From Brevibacterium luteolum (GTDB lineage Bacteria; Actinomycetota; Actinomycetes; Actinomycetales; Brevibacteriaceae), in contig NZ_JABEMC010000004.1 of NCBI RefSeq assembly GCF_013004595.1, positions 124,001 through 188,000 of the forward strand: a DNA stretch of 64,000 nucleotides, written 5' to 3'. This document shows positions 19,004-29,244 of this stretch, piece by piece. A program made the position numbers and the translations under genes. Every line of letters begins with the position of its first letter. Position 1 is the stretch's first letter. Under the pieces are notes generated by a model. That model was not told the origin of the DNA. It was given only the letters and a program-made list of their open reading frames with translations, and did not search any database.

Positions 19004-19906
19004 ATGCCCATCGCGCCGAAGACAGTCCTGCCGGCTGCTGTGCTGACAGCGGCCGCACTGCTCGTCTCCGGATGCGGCGCAGCCGGCAGCGCCAACGCGC
19101 AGGCAGCCGGTGACGGCGCTCCCGTCGCTGCCGAGAGTGTCGGCTCCAGCCTCAGCGCTCCGCAGCTGCAGGCTCCCGGTGATTTCCCGGCCCCAGCCGT
19201 CCAGGCGCCCATCGAGCCCAACGCCGCCGATTCCACCGCAGACGACGAAGCGGCCAGCACCCCGGATGCTGACAAGGTCATGCCTGCCGATGACATCTCC
19301 GCCGGTCAGACGTTCCCATCCCTGCCCGGTGTCGGACCCGAGACGCGCAGCGATGTGCCCGATTCGGCCCGCCAGGTGCTGGTGGCCATCGGTGAGGACG
19401 AGAAGGACACGCAGAACCAACTGGTGCTCTACCAGCGTGCTGATGCCGACTCCGAATGGGAGGCGGTCAAGGTCTTCACCGCCCACAACGGCCGCAGCGG
19501 CTGGGCAGAGGAGCGCCGCGAGGGCGACGGCACCACGCCGGTCGGCGTGTTCGCTCTCACCGACGCCGGTGGGGCCAAGGCAGACCCGAACTCGAAGCTG
19601 CCCTACACCCAGGACAGCGGCCTGCGCGATGGCGCCGCCCAGGTCTACGGTGAGGACTGGCGCGATGTGTTCGACTACGTCATCGCCATCAACTACAACC
19701 GCAAGCCCGGCACTGCCCCGACGGACAACACCCGCCCGATGGGCTGGGACGCAGGCGGCAAGATCTGGCTCCACGTCGACCACGACTCCCCCACCCGCGG
19801 CTGTGTGACCGTGCCGACCGATGAGATGCAGTATCTGCTGCAGACCATCGATCCTGAGCTCGATCCGCACATCGTCATGGGTCCTGCGGACATCCTCGGC
19901 CGGTGA
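19004..19906 (+). CDS. L,D-transpeptidase (YkuD-like) family lipoprotein
   Basis: Lipobox VSGC; REGDGTTPVG; IWLHVDHDSPTRGCV catalytic motif. Confidence 0.85.
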   Translation: MPIAPKTVLPAAVLTAAALLVSGCGAAGSANAQAAGDGAPVAAESVGSSLSAPQLQAPGDFPAPAVQAPIEPNAADSTADDEAASTPDADKVMPADDISAGQTFPSLPGVGPETRSDVPDSARQVLVAIGEDEKDTQNQLVLYQRADADSEWEAVKVFTAHNGRSGWAEERREGDGTTPVGVFALTDAGGAKADPNSKLPYTQDSGLRDGAAQVYGEDWRDVFDYVIAINYNRKPGTAPTDNTRPMGWDAGGKIWLHVDHDSPTRGCVTVPTDEMQYLLQTIDPELDPHIVMGPADILGR

Positions 19907-19918
19907 GTCGGGCAGCGC

Positions 19919-20716
19919 ATGGCGGCACGAGCTGACTTCCCCACCCGCACGACACTGCGCGAGCTGACCCCGCAGGCCCGGCTGCTGCCCTATGAGCTCG
20001 GCGAGCCGACGCTGACCGCTCTCTATGATTCCGGCCCGCTGACCGGCCCGCACGGCATGCGGGTGCAGGCGAACATGGTCACCACTCTCGACGGGGCGGT
20101 CACCGGCGCCCACGGCAGCTCCCGGGAGATCTCCTCCCCTGCCGATATGCGGGTCTTCTCCGTGCTGCGCGCCCTGGCCGATGCCGTCGTCGTCGGAGCC
20201 GGCACCGCCCGCGCCGAAGGCTACACCCGGCTTGCCGCCAAGCGCGCCCACCTCGCCCAGCGCCGCCGCCGCGGCCAGGCCGACGTTCCCGCACTCGTCC
20301 TCATCACCGCCTCCGGAAACATCGACACCGACCGTCTCGATGCCGCCGGCAACTCCGATGTCATCGTCCACACCTCATGTGCGGATGAGGCGACGCTGGA
20401 TCGCCTGCGCGGCTACTTCGGGGACGGCAACGTCGTCACCCATGCAGACGATGTCACCCCGGCAGCGGTGCTCGCTGACCTCCGCGCCCGAGGGATGCGC
20501 CGGGTGCTGTGCGAAGGGGGGCCCGCCCTGCTCGGCACGTGGCTCCAGGCCGGTGTCATCGACGAGCTGTGCCTGACCGTCAGCCCCCTCATCACTGGCA
20601 CGGGCCCAGGCCTGGTGTCCGGGCCCGCCTTCGACCCGCCGCTGCGAGCCCGCCCGCTGTCCCAGCTGACCGACGGTTCGACGACGATCCACCGCCTGCA
20701 GCTGGACTCTCCCTGA
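19919..20716 (+). CDS. RibD C-terminal / dihydrofolate reductase-like protein
   Basis: NMVTTLDG, LRALADAVVVGAGTARAEGY, LCEGGP, DELCLTVSP. Confidence 0.88.
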   Translation: MAARADFPTRTTLRELTPQARLLPYELGEPTLTALYDSGPLTGPHGMRVQANMVTTLDGAVTGAHGSSREISSPADMRVFSVLRALADAVVVGAGTARAEGYTRLAAKRAHLAQRRRRGQADVPALVLITASGNIDTDRLDAAGNSDVIVHTSCADEATLDRLRGYFGDGNVVTHADDVTPAAVLADLRARGMRRVLCEGGPALLGTWLQAGVIDELCLTVSPLITGTGPGLVSGPAFDPPLRARPLSQLTDGSTTIHRLQLDSP

Positions 20717-20741
20717 ACCACCCCACCGATAGGAGCACATC

Positions 20742-21731
20742 ATGACCCGCACCATCGCCGTCACCGGGGCCGCCGGACAGATCGGCTACAGCCTCCTCTT
20801 CCGTCTGGCAGCAGGATTCGTCTACGGCGATGAGCCGATCCGCCTGCGCCTGCTCGAGATCCCGCAGGCGATGCAGGCCCTCGAAGGCGTCGTGATGGAA
20901 CTTGACGACTGCGCCTTCACCCAGCTCGAAGCCGTCGAGATCACCGACGACCCCGCTACCGCCTTCGACGGTGTCGATGCCGCGCTGCTCATCGGTTCGA
21001 TGCCGCGGAAGAAGGGCATGGAGCGTGCTGATCTGCTGCAGAAGAACGGTGAGATCTTCTCCACCCAGGGCCGTGCGCTGGAGAATGCCGCCGACCATGT
21101 CAAGGTCGTCGTGACCGGCAACCCGGCCAATACGAATGCGCTCATCGCCTCCCATCACGCCCCGGATATCCCGAAGACGCAGTTCACCGCTCTCACCCGG
21201 CTCGATCACAACCGGGCGCTGTCGCAGCTGGCGGCAAAGGCCACCGAGGTCACCGGTGAGCCGGTGCAGGTCCAGGACCTTGAACGGGTCGCCATCTGGG
21301 GCAACCACTCCGCCACCCAGTACCCCGACATCTCCCACGCCCGGCTGGCCGGCCGGCCGCTGGCCGAGGTCATCGGCGATGAGGCGTGGGTGGCAGATGA
21401 GTTCGTGCCGACGGTCGCCAAGCGCGGGGCGGCGATCATCGCCGCCCGCGGAGCCTCCTCAGCGGCCTCGGCAGCGCACGCGACGCTGGAGCACCTGCGC
21501 GACTGGGAGCACGGCAGCAACGGCGGCTGGGTGTCGATGGCGGTGCATTCACAGGGTGAGTACGACGTGCCGGCAGGCCTCGTCTCCTCGTTCCCTGTCG
21601 TGTGTGCCGACGGCGGCTATGAGATCGTCACCGGCCTGGAGGTCGATGCGTTCTCCCGCAAGCACATCGATACCTCGGTCGCTGAGCTGCAGGCCGAGCG
21701 GGAGACCGCCCAGGAGCTCGGCGTCCTGTGA
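20742..21731 (+). CDS. mdh: Malate dehydrogenase
   Basis: [47 protein letters not shown]. Confidence 0.97.
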   Translation: MTRTIAVTGAAGQIGYSLLFRLAAGFVYGDEPIRLRLLEIPQAMQALEGVVMELDDCAFTQLEAVEITDDPATAFDGVDAALLIGSMPRKKGMERADLLQKNGEIFSTQGRALENAADHVKVVVTGNPANTNALIASHHAPDIPKTQFTALTRLDHNRALSQLAAKATEVTGEPVQVQDLERVAIWGNHSATQYPDISHARLAGRPLAEVIGDEAWVADEFVPTVAKRGAAIIAARGASSAASAAHATLEHLRDWEHGSNGGWVSMAVHSQGEYDVPAGLVSSFPVVCADGGYEIVTGLEVDAFSRKHIDTSVAELQAERETAQELGVL

Positions 21732-21755
21732 ACCGGTGGCCTGCCGGCCGCTGAA

Positions 21756-23138
21756 TCAGCGGTCGACAGGCAGGTCCAGGCAGCCGTCGCCGCGCCCGAG
21801 CTGCCGGTTGCTCATATCGAGCAGCCGCGAGTTCTCCTGCGCGACAGTGTCACCTGATGATGCTACGTGAGTCGGCTTCGTCGGTGACGCGCTTGCCAGT
21901 CGGGCCGGTTCTGCTGGCTGCCGGCGGCTGGGCAGCGGGCTGCGCAGCACCTTCGATTCGAGGAAGTTCGCCACATCATCCGACCAGCGCTCCGGGTCGG
22001 TGTTCCACTCCTTGGTGTGCCGGCCCTTGGTGTAGCTGGGCATCGTCACGAGGTCGCGGCGCACATTCGCCAGGGCATGTGAGGGACCGGTGGGGACGAA
22101 TTCGTCGCTTTCGGAGTGGATGAGCAGCAGCGGCTTGTCCAGTTCGGCGGCTCGGGTCAGCCAGTCCATCCGGTCGAGGTCGAGCGGGGTCTCCAGCCCG
22201 GTGATCCGCCGGGCCCACGGGCGGGTGATCATATCGAGGGTCAAACGTGCGATCGGGGTGGGCAGGAAGTTGAGCTTGGCCTGATGGTCGAGCACGTTGT
22301 ACCAGTCGACGACCGGCCCGTCGAGGACGAGGGCGCGGATGTGGTCGCGGTTGCGGCCGCGGGAGGCGGCCTGGAAGGTGATCGCCCCGCCCATCGACCA
22401 GCCGAAGAGCACGACGTTCTTCGCACCTCCGGCCAGGGCGTAGTCGATGGCGACATCGACGTCGAGCCACTCGGTGTCTCCGAGCCCGTAGCGGGCCGAC
22501 CGGCCGACCCGCACCTCGGCGTCGTTGCGGTAGGCCATCGCCAGGGCCGGCATGCTCAGCGAATCGAGCACGGGGCCTGCGCGCAGGCATTCGGCGCGGG
22601 TCGCACCGCGACCGTGGATGAGGATCGCCCACGTGTCACTGGGCTTCTCGGCGGTCGTCGGCAGATACCAGGCCGGCAGCTCGCCGACATCGGAGACGAG
22701 CGCGATGTCCTCAGACGGCAGGTTGAGCTGGTCGGGATGTGAGTAGAACTGGCCGGTCCAGCGGCCCCAGCGGGCGGTGCGCAGGTTGCCGGAGGTGACG
22801 GCGAGGACTTCCCGCGAGACGGTCTGGGAGACTGGGTCGTATTCGATGATATCGCCGAGCTGGGCGTGGCCGGTCGCCGAATCGAAGTACAGGCCGTAGC
22901 GGCCGTTGACGAGGGTGTCGTCGGTGGCCGGCAGGTGGACGCGCATATCGTCGTCGAAGCCGTCGACGTGCAGGATCTCCAGGTCCTCAGGGGCGTGTTC
23001 GGGGACGACGATGCGGCGGGCGAAGTAGGCGGCCAGCCCTGATGAGGCGACCGAGACGACCGCCCCGGCGGCCAGGCCCGCCCCGAGTCCGGCCATGGTG
23101 GCCCGCAGCGCCCGGTTCTTGAAGTCCGCGTGAGTCAT
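21756..23138 (-). CDS. Alpha/beta hydrolase family protein
   Basis: IHGRG, GWSMGG nucleophile elbow, SDEFVP, HTKEWN. Confidence 0.85.
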   Translation of the reverse strand: MTHADFKNRALRATMAGLGAGLAAGAVVSVASSGLAAYFARRIVVPEHAPEDLEILHVDGFDDDMRVHLPATDDTLVNGRYGLYFDSATGHAQLGDIIEYDPVSQTVSREVLAVTSGNLRTARWGRWTGQFYSHPDQLNLPSEDIALVSDVGELPAWYLPTTAEKPSDTWAILIHGRGATRAECLRAGPVLDSLSMPALAMAYRNDAEVRVGRSARYGLGDTEWLDVDVAIDYALAGGAKNVVLFGWSMGGAITFQAASRGRNRDHIRALVLDGPVVDWYNVLDHQAKLNFLPTPIARLTLDMITRPWARRITGLETPLDLDRMDWLTRAAELDKPLLLIHSESDEFVPTGPSHALANVRRDLVTMPSYTKGRHTKEWNTDPERWSDDVANFLESKVLRSPLPSRRQPAEPARLASASPTKPTHVASSGDTVAQENSRLLDMSNRQLGRGDGCLDLPVDR

Positions 23139-23285
23139 CTGTGTCCCTCCTGGCTCTCATCCTACTCATCTCACCTGGGGTGGGGTTCCAGGAAGCACGG
23201 AGGATTTCAGCTGGTGTTCACCTGGCTCGCGGAGCCTGCGTGCCTGGTAGCGTGAGCACATCCGCATCAGGGAGGAGCCAGACGC

Positions 23286-23705
23286 ATGACCGAACCGACC
23301 CACGCTCCCGGCGCTGCCGAGCGCAGCGAACGGCAGTGGCAGGAGATCCTCTCCCCTGCCGAATACCAGGTGCTGCGCAAGGGCGGCACCGAACGGCCGT
23401 TCACCGGTGAGTACACCGATCACACCGCCACCGGCGTCTACTCGTGCCGGGCCTGCGGGGCTGAGCTGTTCCGCTCGGAGACGAAGTTCGACGCCCACTG
23501 CGGGTGGCCTGCCTTCTACGCACCGCTGGCTGAGGACCGGGTGCGCTACATCGAAGACCGGACGCTGGGCATGGTGCGCACCGAGGTGCGCTGCGCAGCC
23601 TGCGACTCCCACCTCGGGCACGTGTTCTACGGGGAGGGCTTCTCCACCCCGACCGACGCCCGCTTCTGCATCAACTCGATCTGCCTGGACTTCGACGACG
23701 CATGA
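23286..23705 (+). CDS. msrB: Peptide-methionine (R)-S-oxide reductase
   Basis: GTERPFTG, CxxC, CGWPAF, HLGHVF, RFCINS. Confidence 0.96.
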   Translation: MTEPTHAPGAAERSERQWQEILSPAEYQVLRKGGTERPFTGEYTDHTATGVYSCRACGAELFRSETKFDAHCGWPAFYAPLAEDRVRYIEDRTLGMVRTEVRCAACDSHLGHVFYGEGFSTPTDARFCINSICLDFDDA

Positions 23706-24214
23706 GCGGCGACCTGATCGTCAAGCCCTTTGCCGAGCTGACGACGACAGAGCTGTACGGGATCCTGCAGCTGCGCTCAGCGGTCTTCGTCGTCGAGCAG
23801 GACTGCGTGTTCCTCGACCTCGACGGCGTCGACACTGTGCCCGAGACGCTGCATGCGTTCTTCCCGCAGCCGGCTCGCGCCTCCCGCGACTCCCACGGCA
23901 ACGACACCGGTGTCTCGGTCATGCCGGCCGCCTATGCGCGCGTGCTGCCGCTGGGCTTCCCGGATGGCCCGGCAGGTGCCGACGACGCCTATTCTATCGG
24001 CCGGGTGGTGACCGATCCCGAGGTGCGGGGCACCGGTGCAGGCGGGCGCCTGCTGGCGGCCCTGGTCGCGCAGCTGGGCCATGAGCCGCTGGTGATGAAT
24101 GCGCAGAGCCACCTGGAGGGCTTCTACGGCCGGTACGGATTCGTGCCCTCGGGCCCGCGGTTCATGGAAGACGGCATCGAGCACACCCCGCTGCGCCGCG
24201 AAGCAGGACTGTGA
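23702..24214 (+). CDS. ElaA-like GNAT acetyltransferase
   Basis: LRSAVFVVEQDC, IGRVV, AQSHL..FY..GF, EDGIEH. Confidence 0.88.
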   Translation: MSGDLIVKPFAELTTTELYGILQLRSAVFVVEQDCVFLDLDGVDTVPETLHAFFPQPARASRDSHGNDTGVSVMPAAYARVLPLGFPDGPAGADDAYSIGRVVTDPEVRGTGAGGRLLAALVAQLGHEPLVMNAQSHLEGFYGRYGFVPSGPRFMEDGIEHTPLRREAGL

Positions 24215-24221
24215 TCAGATG

Positions 24222-24259
24222 ACTGTGCCGGCCCACGCGGATGCGGGGGCCGGCACAGT
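24222..24259. terminator. Hairpin between convergent GNAT and hemQ genes
   Basis: ACTGTGCCGGCCC...GGGCCGGCACAGT, 13-bp stem. Confidence 0.78.
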
Positions 24260-24309
24260 GTCGTTTCAGGCGCTCAGCGCCGCTCAGATGGTGAGCGCTA
24301 CTCAGCCGG

Positions 24310-25020
24310 TCAGCGCCACAGGGCGAAGATGTCAACCAGGTCCTTACGCGGGCCGGTGAAGAACGGGATCTCCTCACGCACGTGCAGGCGGGCCTCGGTG
24401 TCGCGCAGGTCGCGCATGAGGCTGATGATGCGGTCGAGGTCGTCGGCTTCGAAGCCGAGCAGCCACTCGTAGTCGTTCAGCGCGAAAGCGGCGATGGTGT
24501 TGGCCTTGACGTCCTTATAACCGGCGGCGGCCTTGCCGTGGTCGCGCAGCATGGTGGCCCGTTCCTTCGGATCGAGCAGGTACCAGTCGTAGGAGCGGAC
24601 GAACGGGTAGACGCACAGGTAGTCGCCGGGGTTCGGGTCGGTGAGGAAGGCCGGCAGGTGGGACTTGTTGAACTCAGCCGGTCGGTGCTGGCCGATGCAT
24701 GACCAGACCGGTTCGAGCAGTCCGCCCAGCAGCGAGCGGCGCACAACGGAGTAGGCCTCCTGCAGCACCTCGACTGAGGGGGCGTGCCACCAGAACATCA
24801 GGTCGGCATCAGCGCGCATGGCAGAGATGTCGTAGGTGCCGCGGACGACGAGGTCCTTATCAGCCAGTGCTGCCAGGCCCTCGTTCAGCTCGGCTGCCAG
24901 TTCGGCCCGGTCGGCTTCGCCGAGCTCACCGGCGACGGCGAAGACGCTGTAGCCGGCGTAGCGGATCTCGCTGTTGTACTTCTCGATCTGTTCGGGAGTG
25001 GGCTGAACGTAGTCAGACAT
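24310..25020 (-). CDS. hemQ: Coproheme decarboxylase (chlorite dismutase family, ChdC)
   Basis: HRPAEFNKSH, YPFVRSYDWYLL, AFALNDYEW, HVREEIPF; start 25020 (or 25053). Confidence 0.94.
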   Translation of the reverse strand: MSDYVQPTPEQIEKYNSEIRYAGYSVFAVAGELGEADRAELAAELNEGLAALADKDLVVRGTYDISAMRADADLMFWWHAPSVEVLQEAYSVVRRSLLGGLLEPVWSCIGQHRPAEFNKSHLPAFLTDPNPGDYLCVYPFVRSYDWYLLDPKERATMLRDHGKAAAGYKDVKANTIAAFALNDYEWLLGFEADDLDRIISLMRDLRDTEARLHVREEIPFFTGPRKDLVDIFALWR

Positions 25021-25096
25021 TCCTTCGTTCCTCTCTGCGGCCGTGGCGGCCATGTCTGTTCGGGGTGGGTGGTCTCAGGCTCGGCGGGTCATCGGT

Positions 25097-26560
25097 TCAG
25101 GTGCTGGTGGCGGCGGTGAGGCCGGTGGCGATCCGGTTCGCCTCTGCTGCTGCGCGTTTGAGGCACACCGGGATGCCGACGCCGTCATAGGCGGCACCGG
25201 TGAGTCCGAGACCGGCGTGCCGGGTCAGCGCGGTGTCGATGGCGGCGCTGCGGTCCAGGTGGCCGGGCCGGTACTGGGGCAGCGACTGGGTCCAGCGTTG
25301 GACTTCCATGTGCCGGCATTCGGCGTTGCTGCCCGTGATGTCACGCCAGTCGGCGAGCGCCCGGGCGGCGAGCTGCTCGTCGTCGAGGACGGCCCAGGTG
25401 TTCGGGTCATCGCCATAGCGTCCGACGCTCATCCGCACGACAGCGGTGCCGGCTGGCAGTGCGTCTTTGAGCCACGGCCATTTGTTCGAGGCGAAGGTCG
25501 AGGCCTTGATGAACCGGCCTTCGGTCGGCGGGATGAGGAACCCGGAACCGGACATCGGCTGGTCACCGGTCTCAAGCACGGCAGTGACGACGGCGGAGTC
25601 GGCGTAGTCGAGGTCGCTGAGGATGCCTGCGATCTCAGCATCGATGTCAGCGAGAATCGGTGCGGCTGCATAGGCCGGAACGGCAAGGACGACGGCCTCA
25701 GCCGGCAGCAGCTGCTCCCCTGCCGCCACCGTCCAAGCAGCCTCACCGCAGGCCTCATCGCCGGCAGCCGTACCCGGCTGCAGAGCGGTGACGGGGGTGT
25801 TGAGGTTGATGCGCACGCCATGGGCGCGCAGGTCATCGGCAAGGGCGGTGATGAGGCGTCCGATGCCGCCGGGCAGGGTCATGAACACCGGCGGGGCGTC
25901 CTTCGACTTGGTGCCGGGGATGTTGGCACCGGAAGCCGCACTGCGCTGGGCGCGCACCTCGCTCACCGCCTCGAGCACAGACGTGCCGGCGTGGGCGGCT
26001 GGCAGCAGCGCGGGAATGGTGGCAGCCATCGACAGGTCGCGGCAGCGCCCGGCGTAGACTCCGCCGAGCAGCGGGTCGACGATGACATCGGCGACCGCAT
26101 CGCCTAACCGGGAGGCGATGAACTCACCGACCGACACGTCGCCGTCGGCAGGATCGGTGAGCGTCTCTGCCTGGGCGCGGTCCACCTCGGGCGCGGTGAG
26201 GATCCCGGCCAGGCTGCCCGGATCGCTCGGCACGCCCATGAGTGTGTCCGTGGGCATCGGGTGCATCGCATCGCGGACGAACAGCTGCGAGGAGTGCTCC
26301 CGGGAGGGGAACTCCAGATCGAGGCCGAGCTCAGCGCACAGCTCCTTCGTCTCAGGCCGAACGAACAGGCTGGCCTCAGCACCGACATCGGCGCCGAAGG
26401 GCGCCTGCCCACCGAGAGTCGAGGTTTTGAGGCACCCGCCGAGCCGCTCGGAGGCCTCGCACACCGTGATCTGGGCATCCGGCAGCGCCCGGGTCAGCCG
26501 GTAGGCGGTGGCGAGCCCCGAGATCCCGGCCCCGGCGATGACGATGCGCGGGGCGCTCAC
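25097..26560 (-). CDS. hemY: Coproporphyrinogen III / protoporphyrinogen oxidase (CgoX; often annotated hemG)
   Basis: GAGISGL FAD motif, PLLGGVYAG, SGFL, LPQYRPGH, GVGIPVC; lies between hemE and hemQ. Confidence 0.94.
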   Translation of the reverse strand: MSAPRIVIAGAGISGLATAYRLTRALPDAQITVCEASERLGGCLKTSTLGGQAPFGADVGAEASLFVRPETKELCAELGLDLEFPSREHSSQLFVRDAMHPMPTDTLMGVPSDPGSLAGILTAPEVDRAQAETLTDPADGDVSVGEFIASRLGDAVADVIVDPLLGGVYAGRCRDLSMAATIPALLPAAHAGTSVLEAVSEVRAQRSAASGANIPGTKSKDAPPVFMTLPGGIGRLITALADDLRAHGVRINLNTPVTALQPGTAAGDEACGEAAWTVAAGEQLLPAEAVVLAVPAYAAAPILADIDAEIAGILSDLDYADSAVVTAVLETGDQPMSGSGFLIPPTEGRFIKASTFASNKWPWLKDALPAGTAVVRMSVGRYGDDPNTWAVLDDEQLAARALADWRDITGSNAECRHMEVQRWTQSLPQYRPGHLDRSAAIDTALTRHAGLGLTGAAYDGVGIPVCLKRAAAEANRIATGLTAATST

Positions 26561-27615
26561 TTCGGGTCGTCTCCGCTCAGCAGCGCGGCGGAGATGCGGT
26601 GGACCTCGTCGACGATGCGGCCGGGCACCTCGGGGTCGGTGGCCGGCAGCACGCCGTGGCCGAGGTTGAAGATGTGGCCGCCGCTGTGGGCCAGGCCGTC
26701 GCGCACGATCTGCTCGATGCGCGGCTGGAGGGCCTCCCAGGGGGCGAAGAGCAGGGCTGGGTCGAGGTTGCCCTGCAGCGCCTGGCCGGGCTTGATGCGG
26801 GTGGACGCGTCAGTGAGTTCGACTCGGAAGTCCGCACCGACGACGTCCGAACCGGCCTCGGACATCGCCGGCAGCAGCTCACCGGTCTGCACGCCGAAGT
26901 GGATGCTGGGCACGTCGTGGTGAGCGAGGTCTGAGAAGACGCGCTGGGAGTGCGGCAGCACATGGGTCCGGTAGTCGCGCGGGCTGAGGTAGCCGGCCCA
27001 CGAGTCGAAGAGCTGGAAGGCCTGAGCACCAGCCGACAGCTGCACGTCGATGAACGTCGTCGACATGGCCGCAAGCTTGGCCAGCAGTTGGGAGAACATC
27101 TCCGGCGCGCCGGCCATCATCGCCTTGGTCTTCTCATGATTGCGGCTCGGGCCGCCTTCGATGAGATAGCTGGCAAGCGTGAACGGGGCGCCGGCGAAGC
27201 CGATGAGGGCGGTGTCCTCGCGGGTGGCGAGCTCGGCTGCGATGCGCGAGATCGACTCGGTGATGTCGGGCATCGTCTCTGCGGTGAGCTCCGGCAGGTT
27301 GTCGATATCAGCCTGCGTGCGCACCGGATGGGCGATGACCGGGCCGACGCCGGGTTCGATGACGACGTCGATGCCGGCGGCCTGGAGCGGGACGACGATG
27401 TCGGAGAAGAAGATCGCGGCGTCGACGTTGTGGCGGCGCACCGGCTGCAGGGTGATCTCGGTGACGAGGTCGGGTGTGCGGCAGGCTTCGAGCATCTGGT
27501 TGCCCTGACGCAGTTCGCGGTACTCGGGAAGGGAGCGGCCGGCCTGACGCATGAACCAGACAGGGGTACGGTTTACCGGCTGAGAGCGCGCTGCACGCAC
27601 AAGAGTCGTCGTCAT
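26557..27615 (-). CDS. hemE: Uroporphyrinogen decarboxylase
   Basis: PVWFMRQAGRSLPEYR, GFAGAPFTLASY, FDSWAG, IFNLGHGV. Confidence 0.97.
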   Translation of the reverse strand: MTTTLVRAARSQPVNRTPVWFMRQAGRSLPEYRELRQGNQMLEACRTPDLVTEITLQPVRRHNVDAAIFFSDIVVPLQAAGIDVVIEPGVGPVIAHPVRTQADIDNLPELTAETMPDITESISRIAAELATREDTALIGFAGAPFTLASYLIEGGPSRNHEKTKAMMAGAPEMFSQLLAKLAAMSTTFIDVQLSAGAQAFQLFDSWAGYLSPRDYRTHVLPHSQRVFSDLAHHDVPSIHFGVQTGELLPAMSEAGSDVVGADFRVELTDASTRIKPGQALQGNLDPALLFAPWEALQPRIEQIVRDGLAHSGGHIFNLGHGVLPATDPEVPGRIVDEVHRISAALLSGDDPK

Positions 27616-27713
27616 GGACCTATCGTCTCATCTGTGGCTGGCGTGGAGAAAACCGTTCGCCCTCCAGAACAGCCCGTCTCACGGGCACCGGTACCGGCGT
27701 CTAGGCTGGCGGT

Positions 27714-28241
27714 ATGACACGTGAGCTGACACCGATCGCTACCTATGTCGACCAGCCGGCCGCCCCCTGGGCCAATGGGGCCGGTTCGACCGTCGAGCTC
27801 GTCTCCCTCGATGCTTCCGCGGCACTGACGCCTGGGCTTCCTGCCTGGCGGCTGTCGATCGCATCCTTGGAGCGGCCGGCTGCGTTCTCAGCGCTGCCAG
27901 GCATGCGCCGGATCTTCCGGCCGATCGGCGCCGATGTCGTCCTCGATATCGACCGCACCCGGTTCGCCCTAGCCGACGGTCAGGCGTGCGTCTTCGACGG
28001 TGCCGCAGTGACGGAGCTCGTCGAGCTGCCCCGACCGTGTCACGCCGTCAACCTCATGATCACCACCGCCGAGGCGGTGGCCGCCTCCGCTGGCGAGCCA
28101 CCTGACCCCGTGGTCGACGGGACCTTCCTCCTCACCCTCGGTGGTTCCCGCCTCGGGCCCGGTTTCACGCTGCTGCGCACAGACGAACCGGCACCCAGTG
28201 GCATGACGGATCATGCCGGGGTGCAGGTGCTGCGGTTCTGA
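27714..28241 (+). CDS. HutD/Ves family protein
   Basis: PWANGAGSTVEL, WRLSIA, FSALPGMRR, NLM. Confidence 0.82.
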   Translation: MTRELTPIATYVDQPAAPWANGAGSTVELVSLDASAALTPGLPAWRLSIASLERPAAFSALPGMRRIFRPIGADVVLDIDRTRFALADGQACVFDGAAVTELVELPRPCHAVNLMITTAEAVAASAGEPPDPVVDGTFLLTLGGSRLGPGFTLLRTDEPAPSGMTDHAGVQVLRF

Positions 28242-28245
28242 GAGT

Positions 28246-28701
28246 TCAGTCGTTGCGGGCGGCGACCGAGGCGCACCACGCCGGGTACGGGGCCAGCGCA
28301 CAGCCAGCTGCCGGTTCCTGCTTGCCGACCTGGCGGGCGAGGGAGACCGAGGATGCCGTGAGCGCGACAGCGACACCGGTGGCCGTCCAGCGGCGCTTGC
28401 CGCCGAAGAACGCCATCGACCAGCCGGCGTTGAGCCCGAGGTTGAAGACCAGTTCGCCGACGAGACGGCGGCGCTCCTTCTCGGTGCGGGCCTTCTTCAG
28501 CGCGTGGGCGGTGGTGGCGGCGATATCGGCGTACAGCGTCGTCCAGGCGATCGGGAAGACCTCACTGGGCGGAGTGAAGTCCGGCTTGTCGAGCTTGTCG
28601 TAGTCATCGAGACCGGCGCGTGTAGCGACCGAGCCGGCGATGGCGGCGGCAGCGGTGAGTGCACCGGTGAAGGCGAGCTGGGGCAGGAACTTCCGGGACA
28701 T
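28246..28701 (-). CDS. tspO: TspO/MBR family sensory protein (last helix looks shortened)
   Basis: LDKPDFTPPSEVFPIAWTTLY, LNAGWSMAFF, APYPAW. Confidence 0.87.
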   Translation of the reverse strand: MSRKFLPQLAFTGALTAAAAIAGSVATRAGLDDYDKLDKPDFTPPSEVFPIAWTTLYADIAATTAHALKKARTEKERRRLVGELVFNLGLNAGWSMAFFGGKRRWTATGVAVALTASSVSLARQVGKQEPAAGCALAPYPAWCASVAARND

Positions 28702-28752
28702 GGTCCCCTCCTTGCAGTGGCGGTTCCAGTGACGGGTCGTGCGCAGGTCAGT

Positions 28753-29244
28753 TCAGATCCGGTCGGCGGCGTCGAGGGCGTAGAACTCGCGGTCGACGTA
28801 GACGAGTGCCCGGCCGGGCTCTGCGGTGATGATGTCGGTGATCTCTCCGACGCAGACGGTTGAGTCGCCTGCCGGCGTCTGGGAGGCGAAGCGGCAGTGC
28901 AGCACAGCGTGGGCGCCGGGCAGGTACGGGTCGCCGTTGGGCAGGGTCGCAAAGCCCTGTTCAGGGGTGAAGCGCGGGCCATCGGAGCGGGCGAAGGCGC
29001 GGGCGATCTCGGCGTGTTCAGCACCGAGGGTGTTGACGACGAAGGTCTCGGCACCGAGCAGCCGGGAGGCTGAGTAGCGGGCGGTGGAGACGGAGAAGTG
29101 CAGCATCGGCGGCTGCAGGGTGACGCTGGCGAGGCTGGAGACCGTCAGGCCGATCGGCCCGTCTGGTGACTGTGCGGTGATGACGGCGACTCCGGCGGGG
29201 TGGTGCCGGAAGGCGTGCTTGAAATCCTCAGGGTCTGCGCTCAT
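28753..29244 (-). CDS. Flavin reductase family protein
   Basis: FRHHPAGVAVITA, GLTVSS, AGDST, LVY. Confidence 0.9.
   Translation of the reverse strand: MSADPEDFKHAFRHHPAGVAVITAQSPDGPIGLTVSSLASVTLQPPMLHFSVSTARYSASRLLGAETFVVNTLGAEHAEIARAFARSDGPRFTPEQGFATLPNGDPYLPGAHAVLHCRFASQTPAGDSTVCVGEITDIITAEPGRALVYVDREFYALDAADRI

Noticed and set aside
21756..21950. Low-complexity C-terminal tail of the alpha/beta hydrolase as a read-through or frameshift
   Set aside because: No direct evidence without homologue alignment; the catalytic domain is complete
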